A stretch of 64,000 bases of DNA. It comes from an uncultured Syntrophaceae bacterium. Lineage in GTDB: Bacteria > Desulfobacterota > Syntrophia > Syntrophales > UBA8958. Position 1 is the first letter of the stretch; each line of letters begins with the position of its first letter. A program made the translations under genes and the position numbers. The stretch is taken from the NCBI GenBank assembly GCA_964492965.1, contig CAZBME010000010.1, positions 11,031 through 75,030 on the forward strand, given 5' to 3'. Under the pieces are notes generated by a model. It had not been told where the DNA came from, searched no databases, and saw only the letters and a program-made list of their open reading frames with translations. Shown here in pieces: positions 53,725-62,028 of the stretch.

Positions 53725-56136
53725 ATGAATATAAAAGAAAATCTTATTCATACCGCCCTGGGTGACGGCATGATCGACAAAGACGGCGCCGCCGTGGCCG
53801 TGGCCCGGATGGACGTGAAAAAATCCTACAGGGGAACGGGGCCCCTGCTCCAGAAAGTCATCCGCGACGCCGATGAAGCGTCCTGGCATGACATCAGGGC
53901 AAAGATCGATTATACCTATGAAAACATCAATGCCGCCCTCACCGCCCTGGAGAAGGAGACGGGGTTTCTTACCCTCCTGCGCGAAAGGCTCGCTCTGGGC
54001 CAGAAGCTTCTCTTCAAGCCGAACCTGGTCAGCACGGAGAATATCGACCCTTATACCTACGGTTCCTCCCCGGGGAGCACGGGCAATACAGAATGGCCCT
54101 TCGTGGCAGCCGTCATGCGCTGGTTCCACGACAAAGGGGGCATCAGCTACTACCGGATGTGCATCGGCGAGGCCGCCACGGCCCTGTCCAGTGTTGCCGC
54201 TCACTACCGCCAAATCAAGACGGCGGGAAGACCCGTGACGACGGAGGCTGTTATCGAAGGGCGCTCCGATGACTTCTACGGGGGCTGGGGCTTCTATTTC
54301 GTCCGCCGGTATCTTGCCGAGGTATCCGATACTTCGATGGGAGACGATCCCATGCAGGGTCTGGAAGAAAGCATGGCGGGCATCTATCTTCCTCCGGGCA
54401 AAGTGGCGGACAAGCTCATGGTCTACGACCTGAACCGGATCTGCGACGACCCCTCAAAAGGACGGGATATCCCCGTTCCGAATGGCGAGAATTTTGATTC
54501 TCTCATTCTCCATAAAGTCATCATCGGCGGCGATCCTTCCGATCCCGCTGATCGGTCAGATTACCCGGGATGCGTTCTTGTCAACCTGCCTCGTCTCAAG
54601 GTTCATGCCCAGGCCCTCTTTACCAATATCATCAAAAATCTCGGCATCGGCCTCTACCCCATGGAAGTCTCCCGTTCCAGCGGCTGTGCCTGGGAATATG
54701 CGACGCCCCACCGGAAGATTCCGGGGATGAAGGGCGCCATCCCTCACCAGGTATGGGTTCCGGAGATGGACCCCGTCACCTGCCTTCCCATGAGAGGTGC
54801 TGACGGGCGCTATCTGGTGAAGAAGACGGGCGGCCTGACGGGAACCATGATCGATATCATTGCCGCCGTGGCACACCAGGACATTTTTATGATGCACATC
54901 GTGGACGCCGTGGAAGGCATCAACCGGGATCATCAGGGTCAAGGCCTGGGCATCAAGGAACCCGAAGGTCTCGTGATAGCAGGCATCGACCCCGTGGCGG
55001 CGGATCTTTTTTGCGCCCGCTACATGTTCAGCAATGTGGGCCTTAAAGAGGCTGAGGAGAGTGGTCTTGATGATGGCATGGGCGGGTATTTCCCCCAGGC
55101 CGTTCCCGTGCCGCGCTATGACGGCCGGGCGATTGTCACCGAAAAAGGCTATGACAGCCCCCTGCGCAGGGATTACTGTTTCGAGCGGGCGGAGCGGCGC
55201 GGTCTGGGAAAACGCTCCTATTATGTGGTCGGCCATGATGGCATCACGGGGCACCCCCTGGCCTCCTTCCGCGGTCGTCTGGGCTTTGTGGAAGGGAGCC
55301 GGTTCAGTGAAATTGTCACCAGTGCCCTTTATTCCGACACCTACAAAATGCCCTGGGATCTGCAGAAGACATTTTTCGGATACATGGATGCCGTTGACAC
55401 GCTGGAGGGGACATCCCGGAAGCGCAGCTTTCTCGACGCCTTCGACGAAACGGGCGACGGTACCGTGACCTATGAGGAATACGGGAAGAAGGGACTCTAC
55501 GGGCCAACCAATATTTTGGGCGGTCTCAACATGAGCACCAAGGCGGAAGAAGATGAATCGGAACCCTTCCGGGCCTTCTACGCCATGCTGTCAAACGTCC
55601 CGAGGTGCTCAAACCCCAAGTGGAACCCCGAGGGGCACGACTTCACCAGAGAACAGGTGTATGGGCTGGTAACCGTTGTCGCCCAGATGATGTCCCAGTC
55701 GCCCAAAGAGGAAGAAGATCCCTTTGTTGCCGGCCTCCTGTGGGGGAAAGGGAAATGGCCCAGCTATGCCCTGGCTTTCGATCGGTACATCAAACAGGTC
55801 CTTTATGGATGGAAATTTCCCGCCAGGATCGGGATATCGAGCCTCTACGGGAGCGCTTGCGCGTTTGCCGATCACCGGCAGAACGGCCGGACCCTCCTTG
55901 GCCATGTCCGCGGTGTCCCCGATCCCGAGGCGGCGCAAAAATATGTGGAGGCTGTGCGGGAAGGCCGCATGAAGCCTCTGGATTTCACATTTTATACACT
56001 TCCGGGCTATGGCGGGAGCCATCTTCCCAATGTGGAGGAGTCCTCCGACCCGGCAAAAGTGCTCACGGTCGTCTTCGAAGGGGAAACAAAACGGTGGCCC
56101 GACCCAAGAACGGATGACCTGGAATCTAATTCATAA
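53725..56136 (+). CDS. Large (803 aa) DUF362-like protein with insertions and an unassigned ~330-aa C-terminal region
   Basis: Three blocks are what I associate with DUF362: LLFKPNLV, NLPRLKVHAQALFTNIIKNLGIG and VDAVEGINRDHQG...GLVIAGIDPVAADLFCARYMF. They are spread over ~450 aa. The C-terminal part contains an EF-hand-like loop, DETGDGTVTYEE. Confidence 0.6.
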   Translation: MNIKENLIHTALGDGMIDKDGAAVAVARMDVKKSYRGTGPLLQKVIRDADEASWHDIRAKIDYTYENINAALTALEKETGFLTLLRERLALGQKLLFKPNLVSTENIDPYTYGSSPGSTGNTEWPFVAAVMRWFHDKGGISYYRMCIGEAATALSSVAAHYRQIKTAGRPVTTEAVIEGRSDDFYGGWGFYFVRRYLAEVSDTSMGDDPMQGLEESMAGIYLPPGKVADKLMVYDLNRICDDPSKGRDIPVPNGENFDSLILHKVIIGGDPSDPADRSDYPGCVLVNLPRLKVHAQALFTNIIKNLGIGLYPMEVSRSSGCAWEYATPHRKIPGMKGAIPHQVWVPEMDPVTCLPMRGADGRYLVKKTGGLTGTMIDIIAAVAHQDIFMMHIVDAVEGINRDHQGQGLGIKEPEGLVIAGIDPVAADLFCARYMFSNVGLKEAEESGLDDGMGGYFPQAVPVPRYDGRAIVTEKGYDSPLRRDYCFERAERRGLGKRSYYVVGHDGITGHPLASFRGRLGFVEGSRFSEIVTSALYSDTYKMPWDLQKTFFGYMDAVDTLEGTSRKRSFLDAFDETGDGTVTYEEYGKKGLYGPTNILGGLNMSTKAEEDESEPFRAFYAMLSNVPRCSNPKWNPEGHDFTREQVYGLVTVVAQMMSQSPKEEEDPFVAGLLWGKGKWPSYALAFDRYIKQVLYGWKFPARIGISSLYGSACAFADHRQNGRTLLGHVRGVPDPEAAQKYVEAVREGRMKPLDFTFYTLPGYGGSHLPNVEESSDPAKVLTVVFEGETKRWPDPRTDDLESNS

Positions 56137-56179
56137 TTTAATAAAACCGAAACACGCAATTATTCAAAGGAGAAGAACG

Positions 56180-58138
56180 ATGAAAACATTAGAACATCTG
56201 CTGGCCCCCCTGCGGGTCAAGTCCATGAATATCCCCAACCGGGTCGTCATGCCGCCCATGGGAACACGTCTGGGCAACAATGACGGCACTGTCAGTGAAG
56301 CGACCCTGGCCTATATGAAGCGCCGGGCCCGTGGAGGCGCCGGGCTGATCATTACGGAGATTACGGAAGTCCACCCCCTGGGCTCTGTATCGCCCCAATG
56401 TCTGGCGGTGTGGGATGACCAATTCATTCCGGGGCTTGCAAAGCTTGCCGCTGTGGTCCATGCCGAAGGCGGCAAGATCGCCATGCAGCTTCATCATTGC
56501 GGCCGCGAGAGTCTGTTCCAGACCCAAAGGAAGACAGCCGTCGCCCCCTCGGCCATCCCGAGCTACATCTACGGCATGCTCGGAACGCCCAAGGAGATGA
56601 CTCTGGAAGACATCCGGGAGACCATTGCGTCCTTCGGCACCGCGGCCGTTCGTGCCAAGGCCGCAGGCTTCGATGCCGTAGAACTCCACGCCGCCCACGG
56701 CTACCTCCTCATGCAGTTTCTCTCGGCCCATTCCAATCAGCGGACCGATGCATATGGCGGTGACTTCCGGGCCCGGGCCCGATTTATGATCGAGTGCCTG
56801 GAGGAGGTCCGCAGGCAGGTTGGGGAAGATTTTCCCGTCTTGATCCGCATCTCCGCAGAGGAATGCATCGTGAACGGCTATAGTGTCTCCGATATGCAGA
56901 CGATCATCCCCGATCTCGTTTCCGCCGGCGCGGATATGATCAACGTCTCCTTCGGCACACACGCCAGTGCTGCCGTCAGCGTCGATACGCCGAATGCGAG
57001 CGCTCCGATTGAATATGAACAGGGATTCAATGTCGGCCTGGCCCGCAAGATCAAAGACGTGGCAGGAGTGCCCGTCATCGCCGTGGGCCGTTTCACGGAT
57101 CCTTATGTCATGGATGAAGCCATTGCCCGTGGTGATGCGGACATGATCGCCGTGGCACGCCAGCATCTGGCCGATCCCGATTTCCTGAAAAATGCCATGG
57201 CGGGACATTTGGAAGATACGAGCGAATGCCTCGCCTGTAACCAGGGTTGTATCGAACGGCTCATCCTGGAGCAGCAGTCGGTGCGTTGCGCCATCAACCC
57301 CGAAACGGGGCAGGAACTGATCTATCCGACACAGCCGGCGGCCGTTTCCCGGCAGGTGTGGGTAATCGGGGGCGGTCCGGGCGGTCTTACCGCGGCCTAT
57401 GAGGCGGCGAGGCTCGGCCATCAGGTCATTCTTTTCGAACAGGAAAAGGAGACAGGCGGGCAGATACGTTTTGCTGAAAAGGCCCCCCATAAATCAGCCT
57501 ACGGCATGTGGATCAGGACCCTTACGGCCAAGTGCCGGAAGAGGGGCGTCGATATCCGGACGGGAACGGAAGTTACGGAAGACATGATTGTCCAGGGAAA
57601 CCCCGATGTCGTCATTCTGGCCATCGGCGCCGACAAGTCCACCTGTCCTGCCGAGGGCATGTCATCCTCTGTTGTCTGCGATGCCTGGCAGATCTTGAAT
57701 GGCGAAGTCGCCCCCAAGGACCATGTCGTTGTCATCGGCGGGGGGCTCGTGGGTATGGAAACAGCGGATTTCCTCTGCGCGAAGGGTGTCAAGGATGTTA
57801 CCCTGGTCGAAATGCTGGCCGTTCCGCCTGTGCCGCCGGTCTCGGCGCATGGCAAAATGCTGCATCGGCGCCTGGGAGCTGCCGGGGCCAAGCTGATGTT
57901 CAACACGGCCGTCCAGGCCATCGAGGAAGGGTCGATCCTGGTCAGCACCGAGGGGAAAGAGCGAAGACTGGAACCCGTCAACCAGGTCATCGTGGCCGTC
58001 GGCGTCACTCCCCGCAACACTTTCAAGGACATGCTTCGGGAAAAAGGCATCCGTCACTTCATCATCGGCGACGCCAGCTCTGCACGGCGTATCATCGAGG
58101 CCACAACAGAGGGGGCAAAGGCGGCCTGGGACATTTGA
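56180..58138 (+). CDS. Old-Yellow-Enzyme-type flavo-FeS oxidoreductase with C-terminal FAD/NAD(P) domain (2,4-dienoyl-CoA reductase / 2-enoate reductase family)
   Basis: The OYE barrel carries PNRVVMPPMGT and HAAHGYLLMQFLS. The [4Fe-4S] motif is CLACNQGC...C. The dinucleotide folds are VIGGGPGGLTAA and VVIGGGLVGMETA. Start placed at ATG 56180 behind AAAGGAG; the ORF-track start 56009 overlaps the previous gene. Confidence 0.88.
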   Translation: MKTLEHLLAPLRVKSMNIPNRVVMPPMGTRLGNNDGTVSEATLAYMKRRARGGAGLIITEITEVHPLGSVSPQCLAVWDDQFIPGLAKLAAVVHAEGGKIAMQLHHCGRESLFQTQRKTAVAPSAIPSYIYGMLGTPKEMTLEDIRETIASFGTAAVRAKAAGFDAVELHAAHGYLLMQFLSAHSNQRTDAYGGDFRARARFMIECLEEVRRQVGEDFPVLIRISAEECIVNGYSVSDMQTIIPDLVSAGADMINVSFGTHASAAVSVDTPNASAPIEYEQGFNVGLARKIKDVAGVPVIAVGRFTDPYVMDEAIARGDADMIAVARQHLADPDFLKNAMAGHLEDTSECLACNQGCIERLILEQQSVRCAINPETGQELIYPTQPAAVSRQVWVIGGGPGGLTAAYEAARLGHQVILFEQEKETGGQIRFAEKAPHKSAYGMWIRTLTAKCRKRGVDIRTGTEVTEDMIVQGNPDVVILAIGADKSTCPAEGMSSSVVCDAWQILNGEVAPKDHVVVIGGGLVGMETADFLCAKGVKDVTLVEMLAVPPVPPVSAHGKMLHRRLGAAGAKLMFNTAVQAIEEGSILVSTEGKERRLEPVNQVIVAVGVTPRNTFKDMLREKGIRHFIIGDASSARRIIEATTEGAKAAWDI

Positions 58139-58225
58139 AGCATTTTATTTTTAAGCCTGTGCAATGATAACCAGGTGCAAAGCCCGCAAATGCCTGAACA
58201 AAAGTACCGTTGATTGTTATCTAGG

Positions 58226-58669
58226 ATGAGAAGAAATATGCAAAGAAGAACGGATCTTTCAATTTTTGGATTCTTGGTGCTTGTCTTGTTTTGGACAGCG
58301 ACACAAGTGATGGCCTCCGACCTGAACGGTCAGATGCGCAAAGGTGCTTACTCTGACAATTCCCATAGGCAACTGGCGCAGACGGACTCGAAAACGGCAG
58401 GTACCCCCCAAATATCAAAACATGCCGGATCAGGCATTAAATGCGTCAGCTGTCACGGAACGGGTCAGCAACAAGAACGAGTGACCATGGCCAAATGTCT
58501 CCAGTGCCATGGCAGTTACGAAAAACTGGCCAAAGCCAGCAGTAAGTTAGATCCGAACCCCCATGCCTCCCATGAAGGACAGGTCCGTTGCGGGTTATGC
58601 CATGCGGAGCATGGAAAATCGGTTCTTTCCTGCAAGGAGTGCCATGTCTTCGAGATGAAAGTCCCGTAG
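58226..58669 (+). CDS. Tetrahaem c-type cytochrome with N-terminal signal/anchor
   Basis: Four CXXCH motifs are present (CVSCH, CLQCH, CGLCH, CKECH). The hydrophobic N-terminus is LSIFGFLVLVLFWTATQVMA. The start is ambiguous (58214, 58226 or 58238). Confidence 0.85.
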   Translation: MRRNMQRRTDLSIFGFLVLVLFWTATQVMASDLNGQMRKGAYSDNSHRQLAQTDSKTAGTPQISKHAGSGIKCVSCHGTGQQQERVTMAKCLQCHGSYEKLAKASSKLDPNPHASHEGQVRCGLCHAEHGKSVLSCKECHVFEMKVP

Positions 58670-58817
58670 ACGGCTTTTCCCTTTGCCAGAGATAAAATGA
58701 AAAGCGACGATTGTTGCTGGCTCGCTTCCTATGGTGGGAGTACTAAAGGAAGGCCTGAAAACAGTATTTTGAAATATAGTCAATTCGCAATAAATAACCA
58801 AGGAAAGGAATACCATC

Positions 58818-60389
58818 ATGATCGAAAAGAAGAGCATTAGCAGACGTAATTTTCTTAAAACGGCGTCGATCAGTGCCGGTGTAGTGGCCCTCGGCGGTCT
58901 AACCGATACGACGGCCATCGCCGAGGCTGCCGCAAAAAAAGGCAAATGGGACAAAACCGTTGATGTTGTTATCGTCGGCTACGGCGGTGCGGGGGCGGCC
59001 GCTGCGATCACAGCCCATGACGCCAAGGCCAAAGTCCTTATTGTCGAAAAAGGAGAGGCCGGTGGGGGTTCCACGAATTATTCCGGAGGGTTTTTTGTAA
59101 GCCCCCGTGACGTGGACGGTGCAGTAAAATATCTGCTGGCTTGCGCCAAAGCGGCTGATAACCAGTTTTTTGACGTTGATCAGGAAGGTCTCACCGTCTG
59201 GGCAAAAGAGGCTGTACAGAATGAATCATGGGTCAAGGGCCTGGGGGCAAAGGAAGTCTTTATATCTCTCAAAGGCTGGTACGATACAGAGGGCGCCGCA
59301 TCGTACACGGCCTGTCAGGTCAAACCCAACCCGACAGGGGTGGGGCTCTGGACCGTCCTTTCCCAAGCCGTAAACGACCGGAAGATCGAGATCCTTTACA
59401 ACGCTCAGGGAAGTGATCTGGTTGTTGACGAAGGGAAGGGAGGTGCCGCTCCCGAGGTTCGGGGCATCATCGTCAAAGTCGGAAATAAAAACGTGGCCAT
59501 TCAGGCGAAGAAGGCCGTTATCCTGACCTGCGGAGGCTTTGACTATGATGAAAAAATGAAAAAAAACAATCTTTTCCCGTACCCGCTATACTCTACCGGC
59601 CATTTAGGCAATACTGGAGACGCCATCAAGCTGGCGGCAAAAACCGGTGCGGATCTGTGGCATATGAACCTGGTGCCGGGGGTCATGACCCATAAATTCC
59701 CCGAGGTTCCCGTTGCCTATCCTTCCATGATCCAGCTTCGGGCAACTAATATGCCGATGATTCTCGTCAGTAAATACGGCAAACGATTTACCAATGAGGC
59801 GATGACCTCTTACGATGCAGTCGTCAGGGGTTTGCATACCTATGACGCGAACAAGCGGGAATTCCCTAATCTCCCCTGCTGGACTATTTTTGACGAGAAG
59901 GCGCGGACCTCGGGACCTGTCGGTGTCGGCGTGCCTATGGGGAAGCCTGTTTACACCTGGAGTCGCGATAATTCGGAAGAAATCGCCAAGGGCTGGATCA
60001 TCAAGGCAGACACCATCGAGGAGCTTGCCCGCAAAATCGATATCGATCCTGCTGTACTGGCCAAGACCATCGAAACATACAACAGCAACTGTGTTCAGGA
60101 AAAAGATCCCGATTTCGGCCGCAAGAAGGGCCTGATTCCTTTGGTAAAGGCCCCTTACTATGCTGTCAAGGGCTATCCCGGTTGCTGGGCAACGGGAGGA
60201 GGACCGAAGATCAATACGAAAGCCCAGGTGATGGATACCAAGGGCAATGTTGTGCGCCGGCTCTATACGGCAGGCAGCGCCTCCACTTTTGCTGCGGCCT
60301 TCCTCTATCCTCTGAGCGGCACGGCCATTGGAGATTGCTTTGCCATGGGTCGGATTGCGGGACGAAACGCTGCCGCTGAAAAAGCATAA
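58818..60389 (+). CDS. Tat-exported FAD-dependent reductase of the fumarate-reductase/KstD flavoprotein family
   Basis: The twin-arginine signal is SRRNFLKTASISAG. The FAD fold is VVIVGYGGAGAAAAITA...VEKGEAGGGSTNYSGG. The C-terminal block is LYTAGSAS. Confidence 0.85.
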   Translation: MIEKKSISRRNFLKTASISAGVVALGGLTDTTAIAEAAAKKGKWDKTVDVVIVGYGGAGAAAAITAHDAKAKVLIVEKGEAGGGSTNYSGGFFVSPRDVDGAVKYLLACAKAADNQFFDVDQEGLTVWAKEAVQNESWVKGLGAKEVFISLKGWYDTEGAASYTACQVKPNPTGVGLWTVLSQAVNDRKIEILYNAQGSDLVVDEGKGGAAPEVRGIIVKVGNKNVAIQAKKAVILTCGGFDYDEKMKKNNLFPYPLYSTGHLGNTGDAIKLAAKTGADLWHMNLVPGVMTHKFPEVPVAYPSMIQLRATNMPMILVSKYGKRFTNEAMTSYDAVVRGLHTYDANKREFPNLPCWTIFDEKARTSGPVGVGVPMGKPVYTWSRDNSEEIAKGWIIKADTIEELARKIDIDPAVLAKTIETYNSNCVQEKDPDFGRKKGLIPLVKAPYYAVKGYPGCWATGGGPKINTKAQVMDTKGNVVRRLYTAGSASTFAAAFLYPLSGTAIGDCFAMGRIAGRNAAAEKA

Positions 60390-60415
60390 TCCGACCAAGA
60401 TACAATGCCTACCGG

Positions 60416-60458
60416 GACCGGCCGCCTGACTCAGATCGGGCGGCCGGTCTTATATTTT
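60416..60458 (+). terminator. Strong intrinsic terminator closing the redox cluster
   Basis: The perfect 11-bp stem pairs GACCGGCCGCC (60416-60426) with GGCGGCCGGTC (60439-60449). The tail is UUAUAUUUU. Confidence 0.8.
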
Positions 60459-60463
60459 GTCCT

Positions 60464-60548
60464 GAAGGCATCCCTAAGGTGTCCGCAGGTGACATTCTGG
60501 AATGTCGAATTCCTTACAGAAGGGGCAAAGGCGACCTGGGACATATAA
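60464..60548 (+). pseudogene. Decayed 3'-end relic of a FadH/enoate-reductase-type gene (paralogous to 58044-58138)
   Basis: It reads ...VEFLTEGAKATWDI*, against ...IIEATTEGAKAAWDI* at the end of the intact gene. 30 of 35 nt are identical over 60516-60550 versus 58106-58140, and both end in an in-frame stop. Weaker similarity extends back to AAGGCATCC. Confidence 0.6.
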
Positions 60549-60625
60549 AACGTGTAATTTAGGTCTTGGCAAACCTGTTCATGTGGGATTGTTGATTCTC
60601 CGTTAATGATTCTTTCGTCTGCACA

Positions 60626-61948
60626 TCAGTAAAAAAGGAAGGGCCACCAGTTTTTCATGGGTTTGCCTTGCACATCCTTTTGCCGGTTATCCAGTCCGGG
60701 GAAGTTCTGCCGCCAATAGATCAGCCATGGCCCCATGCAATCAGGCGCGAGTTTGTGATAAGGAGAAAAGGCTTTGCTGTTCCAGGGCCGGGCGAGGTCT
60801 CGCCCATCTGGGCCGCTGCCGATTCGCCAGTCTTCGATGGTCGACATGACGCTTCGCTCGCCCTGTAAATCGTAATGGAAACGGCCATTGGGGATGAAAT
60901 GGACGTTGCCGCCATGGGCGACGTAATTGTCCAGAGTGATTCTGTTTCCATCACGGGATACGACAGCTGTCTGGGATTCGGGGAAATCGATGCGATCCCT
61001 GGGATTGAGGGTGTAGAAGGAAGCCCAAGGAAATTGGGGATAGCGCTGGTTCAGGTTCATGTCGGCAAAGTCTTTAAAATATCGGCTGAGATAGGGAATG
61101 GCTTCTGATTTTGCCGTCCCTTCGAAGCCGTGACAGAGACCTTCTATGTAGCAGCCGATACCGCGCGAGGCATTGACGAATCCGATCCGCAGACTGCGGC
61201 CGGTCCATTTCTGTGCGGCATCACCGCCATTGCCCGCCTGCACCCAGTGCTCACCGATGCGACGGAAATCATCGTCATAGCGCGGTTTTTCTTCCACTAC
61301 TTCATAGGCGCGAAGATTTTCGTCATGTTCGACAAAAAACCAGAGTTCATGTACGTAGCCCTGCTCGACCAGTTCATCGAGGCGCAGGAAGCGGGACGGC
61401 ATTTTCGGATTGCGAACTCCGTAATAGCGGGCGAATTCATCGCTGAAGAAACGGTTGTAGTCTAGGTTGAAACCCGGATTCATGCCTGCCTTGAGAGGAA
61501 GCCTTTCAGAGTTTCCTCCGCCGGCAGCCACATCTCGAAGGTCAACAAACCTGAATAGTTGATACTGGAGAAAAACCGGCGCAGACTTATTTTTATAGCC
61601 CTGATAGCGGCTGCCTTCGGCCAGTGATGCGATGATCGCGTCAAGCATCCGGTCGAGATGATCGCGCCTGGCCCGGTTGGAAAAATTCAGCACCAGCAGC
61701 CGTGGCTTCATCAGCCGGATCAGGTCGTGATTTTCAACCAGCCAATGGTCGCTATTGGCACGGCTGAACCGGTTCGGCCAGACGGCAAGATCGGCGGGAT
61801 CACCTGCAGGGGTGGAAAGGGTTGCTGCATGAATACACGGTGCACAGGGCAGCAGTGTCATTGCGCAAAGTAAAAGCGCCAGAGCAACATGGCACCGGTA
61901 TTTCCAGAAGAGCATGCCCGTTAATTTGTCAATGCCTGGTTCTCCCAT
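60626..61948 (-). CDS. Secreted hypothetical protein (440 aa), no family recognised
   Basis: The hydrophobic signal-like N-terminus is VALALLLCAMTLLPCAPCIHAA. The C-terminus is KNWWPFLFY. The start is ambiguous (61948 or 61915). Confidence 0.6.
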   Translation of the reverse strand: MGEPGIDKLTGMLFWKYRCHVALALLLCAMTLLPCAPCIHAATLSTPAGDPADLAVWPNRFSRANSDHWLVENHDLIRLMKPRLLVLNFSNRARRDHLDRMLDAIIASLAEGSRYQGYKNKSAPVFLQYQLFRFVDLRDVAAGGGNSERLPLKAGMNPGFNLDYNRFFSDEFARYYGVRNPKMPSRFLRLDELVEQGYVHELWFFVEHDENLRAYEVVEEKPRYDDDFRRIGEHWVQAGNGGDAAQKWTGRSLRIGFVNASRGIGCYIEGLCHGFEGTAKSEAIPYLSRYFKDFADMNLNQRYPQFPWASFYTLNPRDRIDFPESQTAVVSRDGNRITLDNYVAHGGNVHFIPNGRFHYDLQGERSVMSTIEDWRIGSGPDGRDLARPWNSKAFSPYHKLAPDCMGPWLIYWRQNFPGLDNRQKDVQGKPMKNWWPFLFY

Positions 61949-62028
61949 GGAAAAGGGTTAAATATGATTTGCAATCGATATCTTTACAGTTGGTGTCCCA
62001 TGTTTCCTTTGGCGCGGGGCCTGAGTCA

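Noticed and set aside
55444-55479. An EF-hand Ca-binding loop in the DUF362-like protein, considered as a firm feature.
   Set aside because: Loop position 3 is Thr, where the strict pattern requires Asp/Asn/Ser, and flanking helices cannot be verified by eye. It is kept only as a remark within the finding.
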